Part shown: piece after piece, positions 1-14,410 of the stretch
How positions within the stretch are numbered: position 1 is the stretch's first letter
Layout of the letters: each line of letters begins with the position of its first letter
From: Eledone cirrhosa
Lineage: Eukaryota
Assembly: GCA_964016885.1 (NCBI GenBank)
Contig: OZ024740.1
Location: forward strand, 116,684,001-116,748,000
Reading direction: 5' to 3'
DNA length: 64,000 bases
Program-made: the position numbers and the translations under genes
The notes under the pieces: model-generated
Database searches by the model: none
Told to the model about the DNA's origin: nothing
The model's input: the letters and a program-made list of their open reading frames with translations, nothing else

Positions 1-31
<31 letters not shown>

Positions 32-112
32 CTCTCGTTCTCTCTCTCTCTGTCTCTCTCTCCCCCTCTTTCTCTATCTCTCTCTCCCCCTATCTCTCTC
101 CCCCTCTCTCTC

Positions 113-171
<59 letters not shown>

Positions 172-584
172 TACCAAGTCATGCACTATCTTCTGACATT
201 AGTGCTAATGTATACATTGTATATCTCAGTTATAAATCGACTGTAAAATCTGTAAATTAAAAAAAGAAAGGCAGAGATGAGGGTAAGCTTAAATTTCAAA
301 TATTACGGGAAATTAAAATATATTGTTACCGCGGAGCACGCTGAGCCCATTTAAAGTAATATTTATAGCTATTTTACGTGTACATAATGTCAGTTAAATA
401 GGCATTCAGTTATTACTGTTTATTCATTTATCTATTTATTACTTGAAGAAAAATATGGCTCAGCTCAGAACGTAATAGAATATAACTGAAGCTGAAGCCC
501 ATCCGATATATGCAACCAATCACTGAATGGTACACAGTGTTTCTAATTTTATGCGATCCCATAATTTCGGAATATTAATAATAA

Positions 585-900
585 TAATTATTATTTCTAC
601 TTTAGGCACAAGGTCTGCAATTTTAGGGGATGGGGAAAGTCGATTAAATCGACCCCAGTGCATTACTGATACTTTATTTTATCGACCCCGTAATGATGGT
701 TTCTTATTTAGGAACAAAGCCAGCAATTTTGGGTGAGGGGAAAGTCGATTAAGTCGACTCCAGTGCGTGACTGGTACTTTATTTTATCGACCCCGTAATG
801 ATGAAAGCCAAAGCTTTGAACTCAGAACTTAAAGGGACGTAACTCCATGCCGCAAAAGGATGTTGTCCAACGCTCTACAGATACTGCCAATTTATCACCC
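585..900 (-). mobile_element. SINE (cephalopod-type) with internal tandem duplication
   Basis: Motif TTTTATCGACCCCGTAATGATG occurs twice (~678, ~783), followed by TTTGAACTCAGAAC (reverse-complement of a GTTCAAA B-box-like motif). Related sequence recurs at ~2300, 55740 and 60660; (AAT)n flanks. Confidence 0.6.
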
Positions 901-914
901 TTATAATAATAATA

Positions 915-954
<40 letters not shown>

Positions 955-955
<1 letters not shown>

Positions 956-1020
956 AATTTCTTTATTAACTACAAATGGTTTCCACGAAGAAAACATTAA
1001 GGACGGCATATAACAAAACA
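955..1020 (-). mobile_element. 3'-terminal remnant of the Tx1-like family
   Basis: ATTTCTTTATTAACTACAAA...ACATTAAGGACGGCA resembles the element end at 46697-46750 and follows an (AAT)/(GAT)n tract. Confidence 0.45.
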
Positions 1021-2092
1021 TTAAGCTTGTACATGTATGTGCGTGTGTTTATGTGTGTGTGTGTTTATATGTGTGTGTCTATGTGTGTGTGTGTAAACAG
1101 GTTTAACGAAAATAAAAGGCAGGTAACTATAAAATAGTAACAAATAGTATTCCTCAATAGGAAGGAGATTTCCGAGGGCTACACGTAAACTCCCCTTCCC
1201 CATAAATCACCGTTGTTCTGATCGCTTTGACAAGTGCCTTCTTACGGTTCTTCAGCTTCGACTTACAGGCATATACTCAGGGCAGGCTACTCTTATCCTC
1301 CTGTTAACAAAATTGCTGGAAGGCAATACTTCCCTCTCCACCCTGATTTTCCTCTTCAAGTGAAACTTGAAGCATTAATAAGAGATTGGCTTAAGAAGGT
1401 AGTGAGTGTTTGTCACGCCATGGCCACCGGGCATATAAAAATTGCTTGTCCTTCTCGGTTAAAGGGGGGCGGTGGGGCGATCTTCAGGATGGACACAGCT
1501 AACAGCCAGGTCCGTACCACATGTGACAGCAACTGTTCAACATAAACGCACAAGGCACTGGACGATTATGTACGGGATAGCGTGCATCTCGGACATGCTT
1601 GATTGATAGCACTTCTGAGCGTAAGATTTCTGTCAAAAGCAAAAAAGCAGACCATAGTACTATTATAAATGCCAAATTTGTGGTTTATATTCTGACAAAA
1701 AGAGAAGTGGTCATCCCTGAAATACTACTCCCAGAGACATCATATCATAAAAAAACGTTGCCTTACGTTCTATTATAAGTTCATGGAAAAAGATTAACGC
1801 TGCACTGCATCTAAAGAGTCAGAGACTCGGTATTAGGACTGTATTATGCCGGAACTGTTTCATTCGAATGAAACAGTTCTAGTCCTGAAGACATGCCTTG
1901 TCCGCGCCTTGTCCGTTCCCTTATCGTTTTAATTTGGATTGCCTCGGGAACGTAACCTTATTATGTAAGAAGCTGTCTAATGATGTCATGGCACTGGGTA
2001 CACGGAATCGTGTGGCCACTGTCGTCACTGAAATATGTATCACAGCATTATCAATAAAGGACTTTAACATCTGAAACTACTTCACATTTTCT

Positions 2093-2297
<205 letters not shown>

Positions 2298-2378
2298 TTT
2301 TCTACTTTTGGCACAAGGCCAGCAATTACCCAGTGCATTACTAGTACTTTTTATCGACCCCGTAAGGATGAAAGGCAA
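2298..2378 (-). mobile_element. SINE 3' fragment, same family as 585-900
   Basis: TTTCTACTTTTGGCACAAGGCCAGCAATT...TTTTATCGACCCCGTAAGGATGAAAGGCAA. Confidence 0.55.
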
Positions 2379-2450
2379 TATATTATTATATATATATAAT
2401 AATAATAAAATGTGAATAGGAAATACACGAGTTAGGATATATATATATAT

Positions 2451-2848
2451 ATGAAAACAGGGAGAAAGAGACGATTATTAGGAAGAAAAGTATATTTTTT
2501 CCTTTTTATTTCTCTCTCTCATTTTTCTGGGTTAGAAACCGATTAAAACGAAATATTTTACTTTGTGTGAAGTGTTAAGGTATTAGTTGATTTATTTATT
2601 AATTAACAATGGCATTTATTTATCCATTTATATATTTAATAATTGTCTATTACCGGTTTCAGCATTTTTATGCATTATCAAATGATAGTGATATGTATTG
2701 TTAATTAATAAATAAATCAACTAATATCTTAAAACTTCACACAAAGTAAAATATTTCGTTTTAATCATTTTCTAACCCAGAAAAAAGAGAGAGAAATAAA
2801 AAAGAAAAAAAAAATTTTTCTTCCTAATAATCGTCTCTTTCTCCCTGT

Positions 2849-2854
<6 letters not shown>
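2451..2854 (-). mobile_element. Fold-back mini-element (PLE terminal-repeat remnant) with degenerate hammerhead
   Basis: ~160-bp inverted arms 2451-2610 and 2697-2854, with (TA)n on both sides. Spacer on - strand reads TTGATAA-T-GCAT-AAAA-ATGC-T-GAAAC-CG-GTA. Confidence 0.65.
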
Positions 2855-2914
<60 letters not shown>

Positions 2915-3959
2915 ATGTGTGTTTATAATAAGCATACAAGAGTCTCAATATGAATATTGTAAACTGCGATCATGTCACAGCTATCTCGAAAATGTCAGAT
3001 AGCTATATGTTATATGTTTTCTTTGCGTATGGAACATGATATCTGGTAAATAGGGAATATAGCCATACCGACCGCGTAATCATACGTTAAGTTTCAATGA
3101 CAGAAACGTTATATTTAACAAAGAGAAAGATTTAGAGAAAAAAAGGAGAAGGAAAATGCATTAATCACATCTAGGGTCTCAGGATATGATAAGAGTAATA
3201 TAAGAAAACAGAATAAATAAAATATATTAAAAGAAATACATATGTATATATGAATAAGAGAGATAATATATATTATAATGAGAAACGTACGTAGAGTGTA
3301 AAATTGGTGAATAACAATATACTACATAAATAATGAATTATATATATTATATAAGATGTAATAAAATATACTTTAATAAATGTACAAGCAATGATAGGGT
3401 GAAAACACTTAACTGATAACTAAGAATTTAATATTTGTAAACAACATCAGTCCTTTTATAGAGGAACTAATGTTTATCTAAAGTTATAGTTTGGTGACAT
3501 TCATGGGAGGAATCATATATTTCTGTTATTGAAATTTTAGAAAAATTGTAATAAGATTAATAGGCATAAAGTAAAGATATTTACTTAGGGATTTAGTATT
3601 AAAAGTGAATAAAAATTTAACAGCATAGAGAAATATACAATAGAATTTTAAAAGATTAAATATTAATAAACCAAAGTAAATATTATTTGATAGGATAAAT
3701 CAACTATTAATTACATTTAGAGTATCAGGATATGATAAGAGTGATATAAAAAACAGAATAAAAATGAAAAATCTATTTAAAAAATACATATATACGAATA
3801 AAAAAGATTAAAATAATAAAAAAAAACAAGGAAAATTTTCTTAAACAATAAGGTATTAATCAAACTGTAATTATCCACATTTTTTTCACAAAAAAAAAGA
3901 TTACAGTTTATACTTTATTTTACAAAGCTGTTTATAAAAAATAAAACACATTATTAAAG

Positions 3960-4200
3960 GGAACAAACAAACAAAGAAAAAGAAAAAAACAAGAAAAAGA
4001 ACCAAGTGGTGAAAGAAAGGGAGAGGGAGAGGGTCAGACACTGCAGCCCAGTCTGGGTGTTTCCTTAGCCGCGTCCTGCTGACAAAATGGCAAAGGCATT
4101 ACCGCGGAGAATGGCCAGAGACACCTGCAGCAACAGCCACCTCACCTCACAAGGCTCTGTTCTCAAGCAGACCACCGTCTCTCCGTAACGAGAACCCATG
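3960..4200 (-). mobile_element. CRE-clade non-LTR retrotransposon 3' end fragment
   Basis: Minus strand translates SLAILRGNAFAILSAG, like the xLAxxRGNA C-terminus of CRE-type RLE elements; similar to 33140-33230. Confidence 0.5.
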
Positions 4201-4759
4201 TTATGGATATATTAAATTCTTGTTATGAGCTCTTAGGCAAACCAGAAGAGAACCATAGCTTAACTGAGGCCCTAGAAGTAATTATATCTAATTCTTAAAT
4301 TTCTAATCGATAGAAGAGGTCATTATTTCTCGCGCGCACAAATTTCGTTTTGGGTTTTCTAGAATAGACTATGATCCCTCATAAGTACCACGTTTTTTTT
4401 TCTACGAAAGGGAATTGTAATTACACCTTGAAATGATTTGGTCATCATTCCCCAATTTTTAAGAGTAAACTCTATGAAAAGGGTCTCCTTTCCTTGGAGT
4501 TTGAAATTTGACCTTCATGAGATTTTTTTTACATTTTTTTAATTTTAATATTTTAATATAACAATATATTGAATGTCATGGTTCTCCTATGAATTAATTA
4601 TTGGTTCATAGCAGAAATTTAATATATCCTTAATATTTATATTTCGATCCTGAGTATAGGTAAACATTTGGATTCATTCAGAAATAACTGCTAAATCTAC
4701 TTGAGATTTTATGCTACAATATTGAAATAATTCCACTTTTAATTCTCTCTTCTTATTCA

Positions 4760-5730
4760 CGCTGCACGAGCGTCTTGTCACCCTCTCACAGATCACCTCG
4801 GTTAACTCGATGCCACCACCAATGCTATGCGGAACTCATCTGCAATGTCAGTTTCGACTGCACTAGCTAGCAATAGGTGAAGCTCCCTGCGAAATTCGGT
4901 GACCTCGACCTCCGATCCACATTAGACCTAGCACTGCTGGCCTACCTCTTCTCAATCCCCTATAGTCACATCCTCATTAGCGAGGTCCTCAGCAAGGCGG
5001 CAGAACATGAGGTGACCCACGAACTGGAGTAGGCTTTGGCCGATTGGACAAACGAAAGCCTCTCTGCCCCCCAGTATACAAATCTCCATCGTAATTGGGA
5101 TGACATCAAGTGCAGGTCTATCTTCAGGCGGATCGAGTCTGTCTTCAACCAACACCGCCTCGCCTGCCTCCGTTCCGTCTGACAGCCAACGACTGGTGTT
5201 AGCCTCAATTCGGTGCCCTCCTCATCAAGCGGTATCCTTCTTGATGAGGAGTGCACTCATCTCGGAGAGGCACGACGCCTCAGCCTCAACGTGTATGAGC
5301 CACATAAATGCCGTTGTAGGTTGTCGTCGATGAGTTTGGCCTGCACCCATTATCAGAGCACATGCCTGATCCCCCCACATGCCACTCTCAACGACATAAC
5401 GAGAAGGAACCTTGACGCAGCCGGCTTCCCGTCCCAACTGGAGCCAGTAGGCTGCTACAGCCGTAGTGACGGTAAGTGCCCAGACGGAACTACGCTCTTC
5501 CCTTACGAAGGAGGTAAATCCTTCTGTTCTCCACAAACCCCGCAGCTCGCAATGCACAGGATAGGAAGACAAGCAAATACCGGAGCTTGTCCGGTCGCTA
5601 CCTCTTTGCACCGGTTGACGTAGAAACCTCAGTCGTCCTTGGACCCTGAGCAGCTAAACTCCTCCGTAAAATCGGATCGATAGCAGCCAGTCAGAGGAAG
5701 GAACCCCGAGAGGTTGGATGGCTATTTCTT
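4760..5730 (+). pseudogene. Decayed CRE-clade non-LTR retrotransposon (zinc knuckle + restriction-like endonuclease region)
   Basis: ORF 5213-5623 contains HKCRC...HATLNDITRRNLDAAGFPSQLEPVG..RSDGKCPDGTTLFPYEGGK, matching the RHxxLND / EP / DGxRPDG pattern; frameshifted. Confidence 0.7.
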
Positions 5731-6074
5731 CTCATTTATGGCATTTATAGTTCTTCCCAATATTGCTTTGTTTTTCTGTATGCTTAACCAAATAAAAATA
5801 GTTCTCTCTGTCTTTTTCTCTCTGCCCTTCTTTTATTCTGCGACCCCTTCTTACTGTTCCCTTGTTACAGCGAGTAATTAATACATATTTCGGCATTGCC
5901 CTTACTCCGATGCCGCTGTCTTTCTCTCTCGCATACATAGTCTTACCATTCGCCTTTTATGTGTGGCGGGTGTTGCTCTCGCCCATCACTGCCGTTGTCA
6001 TAGTCTTACCGTCACCTTCCATGTGTGACCGGCGTTTTAAAAGAAATATAAAACAGCTTTAATATAATAGAAAG

Positions 6075-6345
6075 CACGTGACCAAGTAGTAAGTTTTTCT
6101 ATCATAATGTCCTGGGTTCGATTCCTGAACTGGGTTGTGTGTTGTGTTCTTGAGCAAATCAGTTCATTTCGCGTTGCTCCAGTATACTCAGCTGAAAAGG
6201 AGTACCAGATACCACTGGGGGATTATCCCTGCGATAGACTGGCGACCTGTCCAGGGAAGGGGCAGTGTTGTTATCTCAGTTGCTTAACGATACGAAAACC
6301 AAGTTAAGCTCCAGCCTGATGTGCCTATAGGCTCGAGACAGACTC
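6075..6345 (+). mobile_element. tRNA-derived SINE
   Basis: B-box-like GGTTCGATTCC at ~6115, followed by GTGTTGTGTTCTTGAGCAA...TTGCTCCAGT, also seen at 34935-35050. Confidence 0.55.
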
Positions 6346-7169
6346 TAGACTTTTTAAAGATATAATAGTGAATAGAAGTCAAATAAATGATAACCAATTC
6401 CGGGATATAATATATGAGAGAAGAAGGCGGCGTGGTCACAGCGGGAAAACTGGTCGAACAACTAAAACTCGATTTAAAATTCCAAGTTGATGAAGAGCAA
6501 ATTTTGGCAAGCAAACAATCATGCTTTCCGAAGGTTTTGTTGTAGCTTTTTGGCTTCATTCCTTAAGGCTTTACATAGCCCAGTCATGAGATCTTCCTTC
6601 TAGATATGTGTTATTTAAATACAATCAGTAATTCTCAAACATTACTGTCAGTTTGCCAAGTAAGCAAAATTAATTGTGTAATTCACCGTACAGCAATAAC
6701 TAAACTACATGAATAAATAACTAACTAAATAATTCCATTAATAAATAGAATAATATTATTATAAATAAAAACAAAACACAGGTTTTGCATGTGGAGACAC
6801 ATTTATGGTTGGAATATATTAAATTTAATTATCAAGGTGTTATTTATAGTAAGTTTGCACACACACGCTCATGCATTCCACACACAGATGCACACAAACA
6901 CACACACGTACCTCACACACAGATACACACACACACACAAACACACAACCCCGCCTCTTTCTCATACGCACCAAGCACTCCATTCCATACTCCCAATTCC
7001 TCCGACTGTGCAGCCGAATCCATGTTTTCGAGGCCCAAGCCCAATATATGGCTAGACTCTTCACTCGACGAAGGTACACATCAACCCTGTTCAAGTCCGC
7101 CCTCACCACAGCCCGTGAGATCGATCGCACCACAAACCTCACACCACGATTTAGCATCAATTATCTGTA

Positions 7170-7820
7170 CACCAATCCTAGGGTAATTTGTATTAGGACT
7201 TCAAAGCAAGAGGAAACACTCTGTCGACCCATAGTCTTTTGGAAGCTTCTACATCATGTCCTGTGGAACGCAGTCGTGTGTCATGTCGTGGTCCCGAAAC
7301 AAGGATTCCCTCTTGCCAATACTCACACTATTTCTTGAAGAAATACCGCAGGGTGAGTATTTGGTCGGCTGTGCTACACCAAGGACGAAAACCACACTAT
7401 TAGGCAACTAGCTTGAACTCCAAAATATCCCAACTCTTGTTACCTTTTTTTGAAATTTGGGATGGCCTTCCCATATTTGAGCGTTTTAATTGCTCTGGTG
7501 ACCTCAGGCTCGGAGAAATGAGTCTTCATCAGAAGAGGTTGTTGTGATCGTATTTAGGAGATCAGCAAATTATTCTTTCCACCTCGGCAGGATGCGCTTC
7601 TCTTCAGAGTCCCTAATAGCAGGTGTAGAGGGGATTTCTTAGTATGAAATTGCAAGATCGTCTGCCAGAATACTTTTCTGATGATCTAAACTTGGATTCC
7701 TGCAATTTCTCCCGTGTTTTTACCTTGAAAGCCTTTATTGTCAGTGCTGCGACTTTTTACACCTGATTGTACAGCGTAGGCAAGAAAGAAGTCATATTTT
7801 CAAACCAAGCTGTGCAAGCC
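7170..7820 (-). pseudogene. Decayed non-LTR RT fragment
   Basis: Minus-strand remnants resemble the pre-RT region (RWKE..ADLL; AIKTLK.GKA) and GI motifs; many stops. Confidence 0.4.
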
Positions 7821-7944
7821 TCTGTTTTTTTCCTTATAATCTATTTACACATTTACAGAGTCACCGTTATCTCTATACTGTTACTGCAGATATACTGCAG
7901 ATTTAACTTTACCATGTACTTCGGTTGCTTTGCACAATGGCCAA

Positions 7945-8329
<385 letters not shown>

Positions 8330-8391
8330 TATTATGGTGTGAAACTCGAGAAAGAAATTCAGCTTAAATAACACACACACACACACACAAG

Positions 8392-8427
<36 letters not shown>

Positions 8428-8668
8428 CACTTACACCAGTAAGCCGATATTGACCACGTTTTATGTTTTTGCACTTATAATTATATGCCACTTATCTATT
8501 CATCTATCAATCTATACGTCTATCTATTATCACACATATATACATACACCCATATAGATATGTTTATTATACATTTGATAGAGATGTGTGTACAGATAAA
8601 TAGATTGAGATTGAAATATAGAACACATAAGCATATATAGAGTGTGGCACACGAAACGGTAGCTCGGA

Positions 8669-8768
8669 TTCCGTAGCATAGTGTAAAACAGAAATAAATT
8701 TACACCCATGAAAGGCTGCTATTTCGTGTGTATAAATTAATTTTATGTACTTATACTATGCTACGGAA
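8669..8768. repeat. Imperfect 100-bp hairpin (MITE-like)
   Basis: TTCCGTAGCATAGTGTAA ... TTATACTATGCTACGGAA. Confidence 0.65.
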
Positions 8769-8783
8769 CACTATGCACGAAAA

Positions 8784-8969
8784 AGCCCTTCAATAAAATC
8801 AGTTAATAGTAATTTAGAAAATGCCGCATGCTAGTGAATCATACAGACACACACACACACACACACATATATATGTATATATATATATATGTGTGTGTGT
8901 GTGTATGTGTATGATTCACTAACATGCGGCATTTTATAAATTTCTATTAACTGATTTTATTGAAGGGCT
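8784..8969. repeat. ~60-bp inverted repeat enclosing a (CA)n(TA)n(TG)n microsatellite
   Basis: AGCCCTTCAATAAAATCAGTTAATAG...GAATCATAC versus GTATGATTC...CTATTAACTGATTTTATTGAAGGGCT. Confidence 0.8.
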
Positions 8970-9067
8970 TGTCTATTAATTGGTCAAATCATCTCAGTTG
9001 ATCAAAGATTTCCAACTCCCTATATTCAATATGCAGGGGCTGGGAGTGGAACTGGAGGAAGCAGTGT

Positions 9068-9140
9068 CTTCTACAGGACTAGAACTCTATCATTTCTAAG
9101 AAATCATCAGATGATTTTGAAACAGTTCTAGTCCTGTAAA
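9068..9140. repeat. Palindromic repeat family B, degenerate copy
   Basis: TACAGGACTAGAACT...AAATCATCAGATGATTT...AGTTCTAGTCCTGTA; relatives at 29149-29249 and ~1850-1890. Confidence 0.7.
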
Positions 9141-9818
9141 ATTCCTTTCTATAATAAATTAAATATATAGATATGCATGCACATACATACATATATCTGC
9201 ATAGATATATATGTATATACACACACACACACAGACACACACACACACACACACATATATATAGGTATGAAAAAGTTATGTATGTAGTTACATTATCTAC
9301 AATAAAAAGAGAAAAACGGTGGGAATGGGAATTGGAGAAAAGAAAAGAAAGAAAGAATGAATGAAAGAAAGAAAATGATGAAAAGGATGAAAAGGACAGT
9401 TCAGAGAGCACACATTGGTTAAAGCTAAATGTATGACTTACTACAACAAAGAAACATAAAAAACAACAACACAAAACAAAGAAAAACAACACCAAAAAAC
9501 AAATATAACGAATACATATCATATGATTGTCGAATTGGTGGTCGTTACAGACTGTGCGTGCGTGTGTGTGTATCTATGTATGTGGGTGTGTGTGTGTATG
9601 TGTGTGTGCGGGCGCAGTTGGTTTGCCACACACTTTGATGTGAAGTACGGCTGGTGAAGATTTTCAGCCATTAAAAATAATTATTGGCCGCGCGTTGTTT
9701 GTTGAATAAACAGAAAGACGTCGGTTAGAAACCATAGATGTCTATAACGAGGTGAGAGTGAGACAGAGAGGGTCTACATGTATGTGTGTGTGTGGGGCGG
9801 GGGGGGGGGAGAAAGAGA

Positions 9819-9854
<36 letters not shown>

Positions 9855-10914
9855 AAGCTTGATAGAGATGATGGTGGCTATGCCAGGGCAATACAATTAT
9901 TAATTGGTCCCTATGAGAAAAAAGATACAATTGATGGAACCACCCATTCCTAAAATTCTTCACCACACACGTCTGCGAACACACTCATACACACACACGC
10001 ACACACACACAACTACACACACACACATACATACATCTACACGTGTGCATGCAAGATGCGTACACACACACAACATAGAAGGAGACACACACACAAACAT
10101 ATTTATACAAACATATGTGCATGCAAGGTCTCACATGGTTAAAAAAATAAAAATAAAAAGAAGGAGAAAGAGAAAGAATCCCCTTAGCACACTTATGCAA
10201 ACATACTCAAATGCATGCACGTGAAGATACAGAAACACATATATACACTGATACATACAGATACACTTAAATAGAAAGAAACGCACATACATAAACATAT
10301 CTTCATAAAATTAACCCATTTTAACCTTCCGAAACTGACGTAAACATTTAGGTACCATATATGTACACACACACAAACACATACACACTTACAAATGTAT
10401 ACGCACACACAATTGCGTGCATGCGTATGTGTGTGTGTGAATAGAGCAAATGCACGTACATGCATAGACATACAAATGTACTCACGTATACCTGAAGATA
10501 TATGAATATGTATACACATTACAGTAAGGTGATCAGCCCTAATGATTTTACAGGTAAGAAAAGAAGGTTGTTGTTTAGCCCTTAATAAATATTGGGACTA
10601 CAGAGAAACAGGTTGTTGTTTAGTCCTTAATAAATATTGGGAGTACATTTGTCCAATGATTCAATCCATTTTTTAAAGATGGCATGTTGAGCTTTCCACG
10701 TCCAATCGTCTTTGTTAGTGGCAAGAAAATGTAAGATTCGTTTGTATTGTACGTACTGCATTACATGTTCACTAAATTGTGATAAAATAATAAATATTTT
10801 TTGTTCTACCATTACTGTGATTGTTGCTACACATTTCATGACCAAATGTATTAATCATCATCAAAAGATGTAAGAAGTTTGTTATTTTTGTTATTTATAA
10901 ACATGTATTATAGG

Positions 10915-11040
10915 CGATGAATTGGCAGATAGAATGCCTCACGGTATATTTTGTGATTTCCTGGGGTCTCATTTCAAATCTCACTTAGGCCGGCTTAATT
11001 GTCATTCTTTCGGGGGTCATAAATAAAGTACCAGTTCATT
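10915..11040 (+). mobile_element. Degenerate SINE, family of 585-900
   Basis: GGCGATGAATTGGCAGA head and TTCTTTCGGGGGTCATAAATAAAGTACCAGT tail; similar to 33623-33770. Confidence 0.45.
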
Positions 11041-11475
11041 GATGATATTATTAAAGAAAAGAATGATATACCTTGCGGTATGTTCCGGCTCAGTTAATTC
11101 CAGATCCCGCCTTCAGTGACCGAAAAAATGGCGATGCTTCTGCGGAAAGTTGCGACCGATAAATGGCTTGAGCAAGGGAAAGACTAATGGAGTTTCTTGG
11201 GTTTGATCAAATGATCGGCTCATTTCCTTTCTCATATTATATCACATCAGGTGAGGGAAAGCATTGTTTGTTACAGGTTTCAAACCGAGCGCCACTGGTG
11301 CACTAACTTTACTATGGTAGGAGTGACAGGAGAACGTCTGTGAACTTGGGCAGAACAAAGATGCCAGATATTTCGTTCAAAAGCACTGGTTAGTCTGTTC
11401 TTTTTTTCGTGATATTTACATCTTTCGTTAAAACACACACACACACATACTCGTACACATACGTACGTGTACGTG

Positions 11476-11577
<102 letters not shown>

Positions 11578-12520
11578 AAATTAAGATTTCATCCAAATCG
11601 AAATTGTGGGTGTCATGCCTTAACGGCATATATATGTAAATATATATATATATATATATATGTGGGGATTTTTTTATGTGTATATTCAGCCTGTATTGCA
11701 TGTTACTATATGTGATGTTATGTTTTGGTAATCGTATATATCCGTCTGGATTGCACTTTACGGATGATCTACATATGTTGTAAACTCTGGACCGAATTAC
11801 TATCTACGGATAATCCACTATCTTTATAACTCCTAGATAATCGAGGCATATGAAACCGATTGGATTGACCTCTACGGTAGATACACATATGTAGTGACTC
11901 CTCGCCCGATGTGTGTTTTTTTCAGGAACTAAACAATTTTTGTTATTAGCCTGATCATGCATTAACCTCGCTTTGCTTGTGTTTGGCTTGTATTTATGTG
12001 GTACCTGTCTATATACAGGTTTAGCACCCATGGTCCAAATAATTCCGTAACCTACTAGTATACCTTGATTATGTATACTATGGGGAGGAATAAAATCCCA
12101 TTTGGGCTTTCTGAAGATACCTTGGGAGCCTTTTAGTATTTCTATAACTCTAAGTTATGGAGAGCTAAATCACCTGTTATATATAGTGACCAACGCATAG
12201 CTTCCTCTGTTTTTTGTGTGCTTTAAAACTTTTTCTTTTTTCTTTTTTAATTTTTTAATTTTTTAATCTCTTTATAATATTATTTTCCTTTTACTTTTTA
12301 TTATATGTTTTAACTATTGTTTATACTTTTTGCCTTTATGTGCCTTCACGTGCTTCTGCATCTTGTGAAAATATCTGCCTGTACCATTGCATTTAGCTGT
12401 AGTGCTGAATAACAACCCCATTATGCACTCTCTCCATACTCGTCATTCATTATATTTCGGTAGAGCCCTCTATTATATTTCGGTAGAGCTTATACTCAGA
12501 ACTGTATTTTTGTTTATAAA

Positions 12521-12565
12521 GCTCTGATGATTCCTGCCCAATGGTATGGATGAAACATTGTCAGC
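12521..12565 (+). ncRNA. Type I hammerhead ribozyme motif
   Basis: GCT-CTGATGA-T-TCCTGCC-CAAT-GGTATGGA-T-GAAAC-ATT-GTC-AGC: complete core, stems I-III, GUC cleavage triplet; short (TA)n ~45 bp downstream. Confidence 0.75.
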
Positions 12566-12626
12566 AAATAATAATTGTATGAGTATGTAGGCGTTCTTTG
12601 ATTTCTTTTACATATATATATATATA

Positions 12627-13020
12627 TTAGAAAAGGGGAGTAAGGTTCTATACAAAACAGTGGATATAGAAGAGAAAAGGTGAAGTTGGAAATAGCACGG
12701 AAAATAAATTTTAGAGTCTGTTTTTCGTTTTTTTCCTTTTTTGATTCGTCAAAGTGACATTATTGAAACAATGAGAGGGACAATTCTTTTTAAAAAGTTT
12801 TATAATGTATTTTAATTCTTGTCAATTCTTTTTAATTGTAATACTCAACATTTTTAATAATACATCGAAACCGGTAATACTTAATATATTTTATATACAT
12901 TATAAAACTCTTTTTAAAAATAATTGTCCCTCTCATTTTTTCAATAATGTCACTTTGACGAATCAAAGAAAAGAAAAAAAAAAGAAAAACAAACGCTAAA
13001 ATATATTTTCCGCGCTATTT
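12627..13020 (+). mobile_element. Fold-back mini-element with hammerhead 3' half
   Basis: Inverted arms 12690-12810 and 12895-13020. Spacer holds GAAACCGGTAATA, the same stem III as the 2451-2854 element; microsatellites on both sides. Confidence 0.6.
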
Positions 13021-13497
<477 letters not shown>

Positions 13498-14410
13498 ATA
13501 TATATACATACACACATCCATTTACGACGAGCTTCTGTACATTTTCTATCGACAAAATATCTCCCAGAAGGCCTTGTTCCAAATGACGCTATTGTACAAG
13601 ATACTTGCCAGGGAATTATACTCAGAACCCAGTGTTGTAAAGTAAAATTCTTTACCACAACATCATGCCTACGTTCATTTGTAGCATTACTATCTTTGAC
13701 ACAGGCCTTATCAAAGTAAGTGAAGTAGTTATAACCAGAACTGGTGGTACTCTTAAGGCCAATTAAGCAGCCGCCTAGTGCATAGACTTTAGAGAGGTGC
13801 GTAACTGAATCTTAACGGATTACAGATTTATATAAATTGTATACTTAAATTAAATAATTAATACTTTCCTAAAGTCAATAAATAAATGACCACACATTGC
13901 CTGCAGCGGCGTTGTTGAAACATCTAAAGCAGTGGAGAGGGTTGTGTTATGACCTGTCATATAATTATCGAGTGTGTAGTGGGAAACGTAAGATAAGTAA
14001 TTTTCTTAGTGTCGTCAGAGTAAGGAATGCCTTAAACTAACTTCGACAGCTTATCAAACAATAATTTTAAATTACTTTGGGAGAAGGAGACACTCATTGT
14101 AGGGCTAGCCTAGAACGCTAAATACCCAGTTGAAACGTCTGGCTATAGCAAGGATTCGAACTCGTGTTTCTGAAACGGTTTGCCAGCCGAATACTATTTA
14201 CTCACGCGCGCAATGCAGTTACATATATAGAATATATTCTGATGCGTTCCAAGCACAATCAATGATATATAATGTAAATATATGTATGAACGTATATAAG
14301 CATGAATGTATGTATGTATGTATGTATGTATGTATGTATGTATGTATGTATGTATGTAGGTATGTATGTATGTATGTATGTATGTATGTATGTATGTATG
14401 TATGTAGGTA

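Noticed and set aside
3160-3800. Diverged ~90-bp direct repeat (3165, 3712) resembling LTRs
   Set aside because: No TG..CA ends, primer-binding site or internal gag/pol; probably old AT-rich repeat fragments.
11715-12300. Possible PLE coding remnant upstream of the 12521 hammerhead
   Set aside because: No unambiguous RT or GIY-YIG motif in any frame I could read.
14130-14410. N-terminal 93 aa of the 966-aa ORF
   Set aside because: TTG start, flanking DNA and (TATG)n read-through; no APE motifs; RTE homology begins at ~14411.
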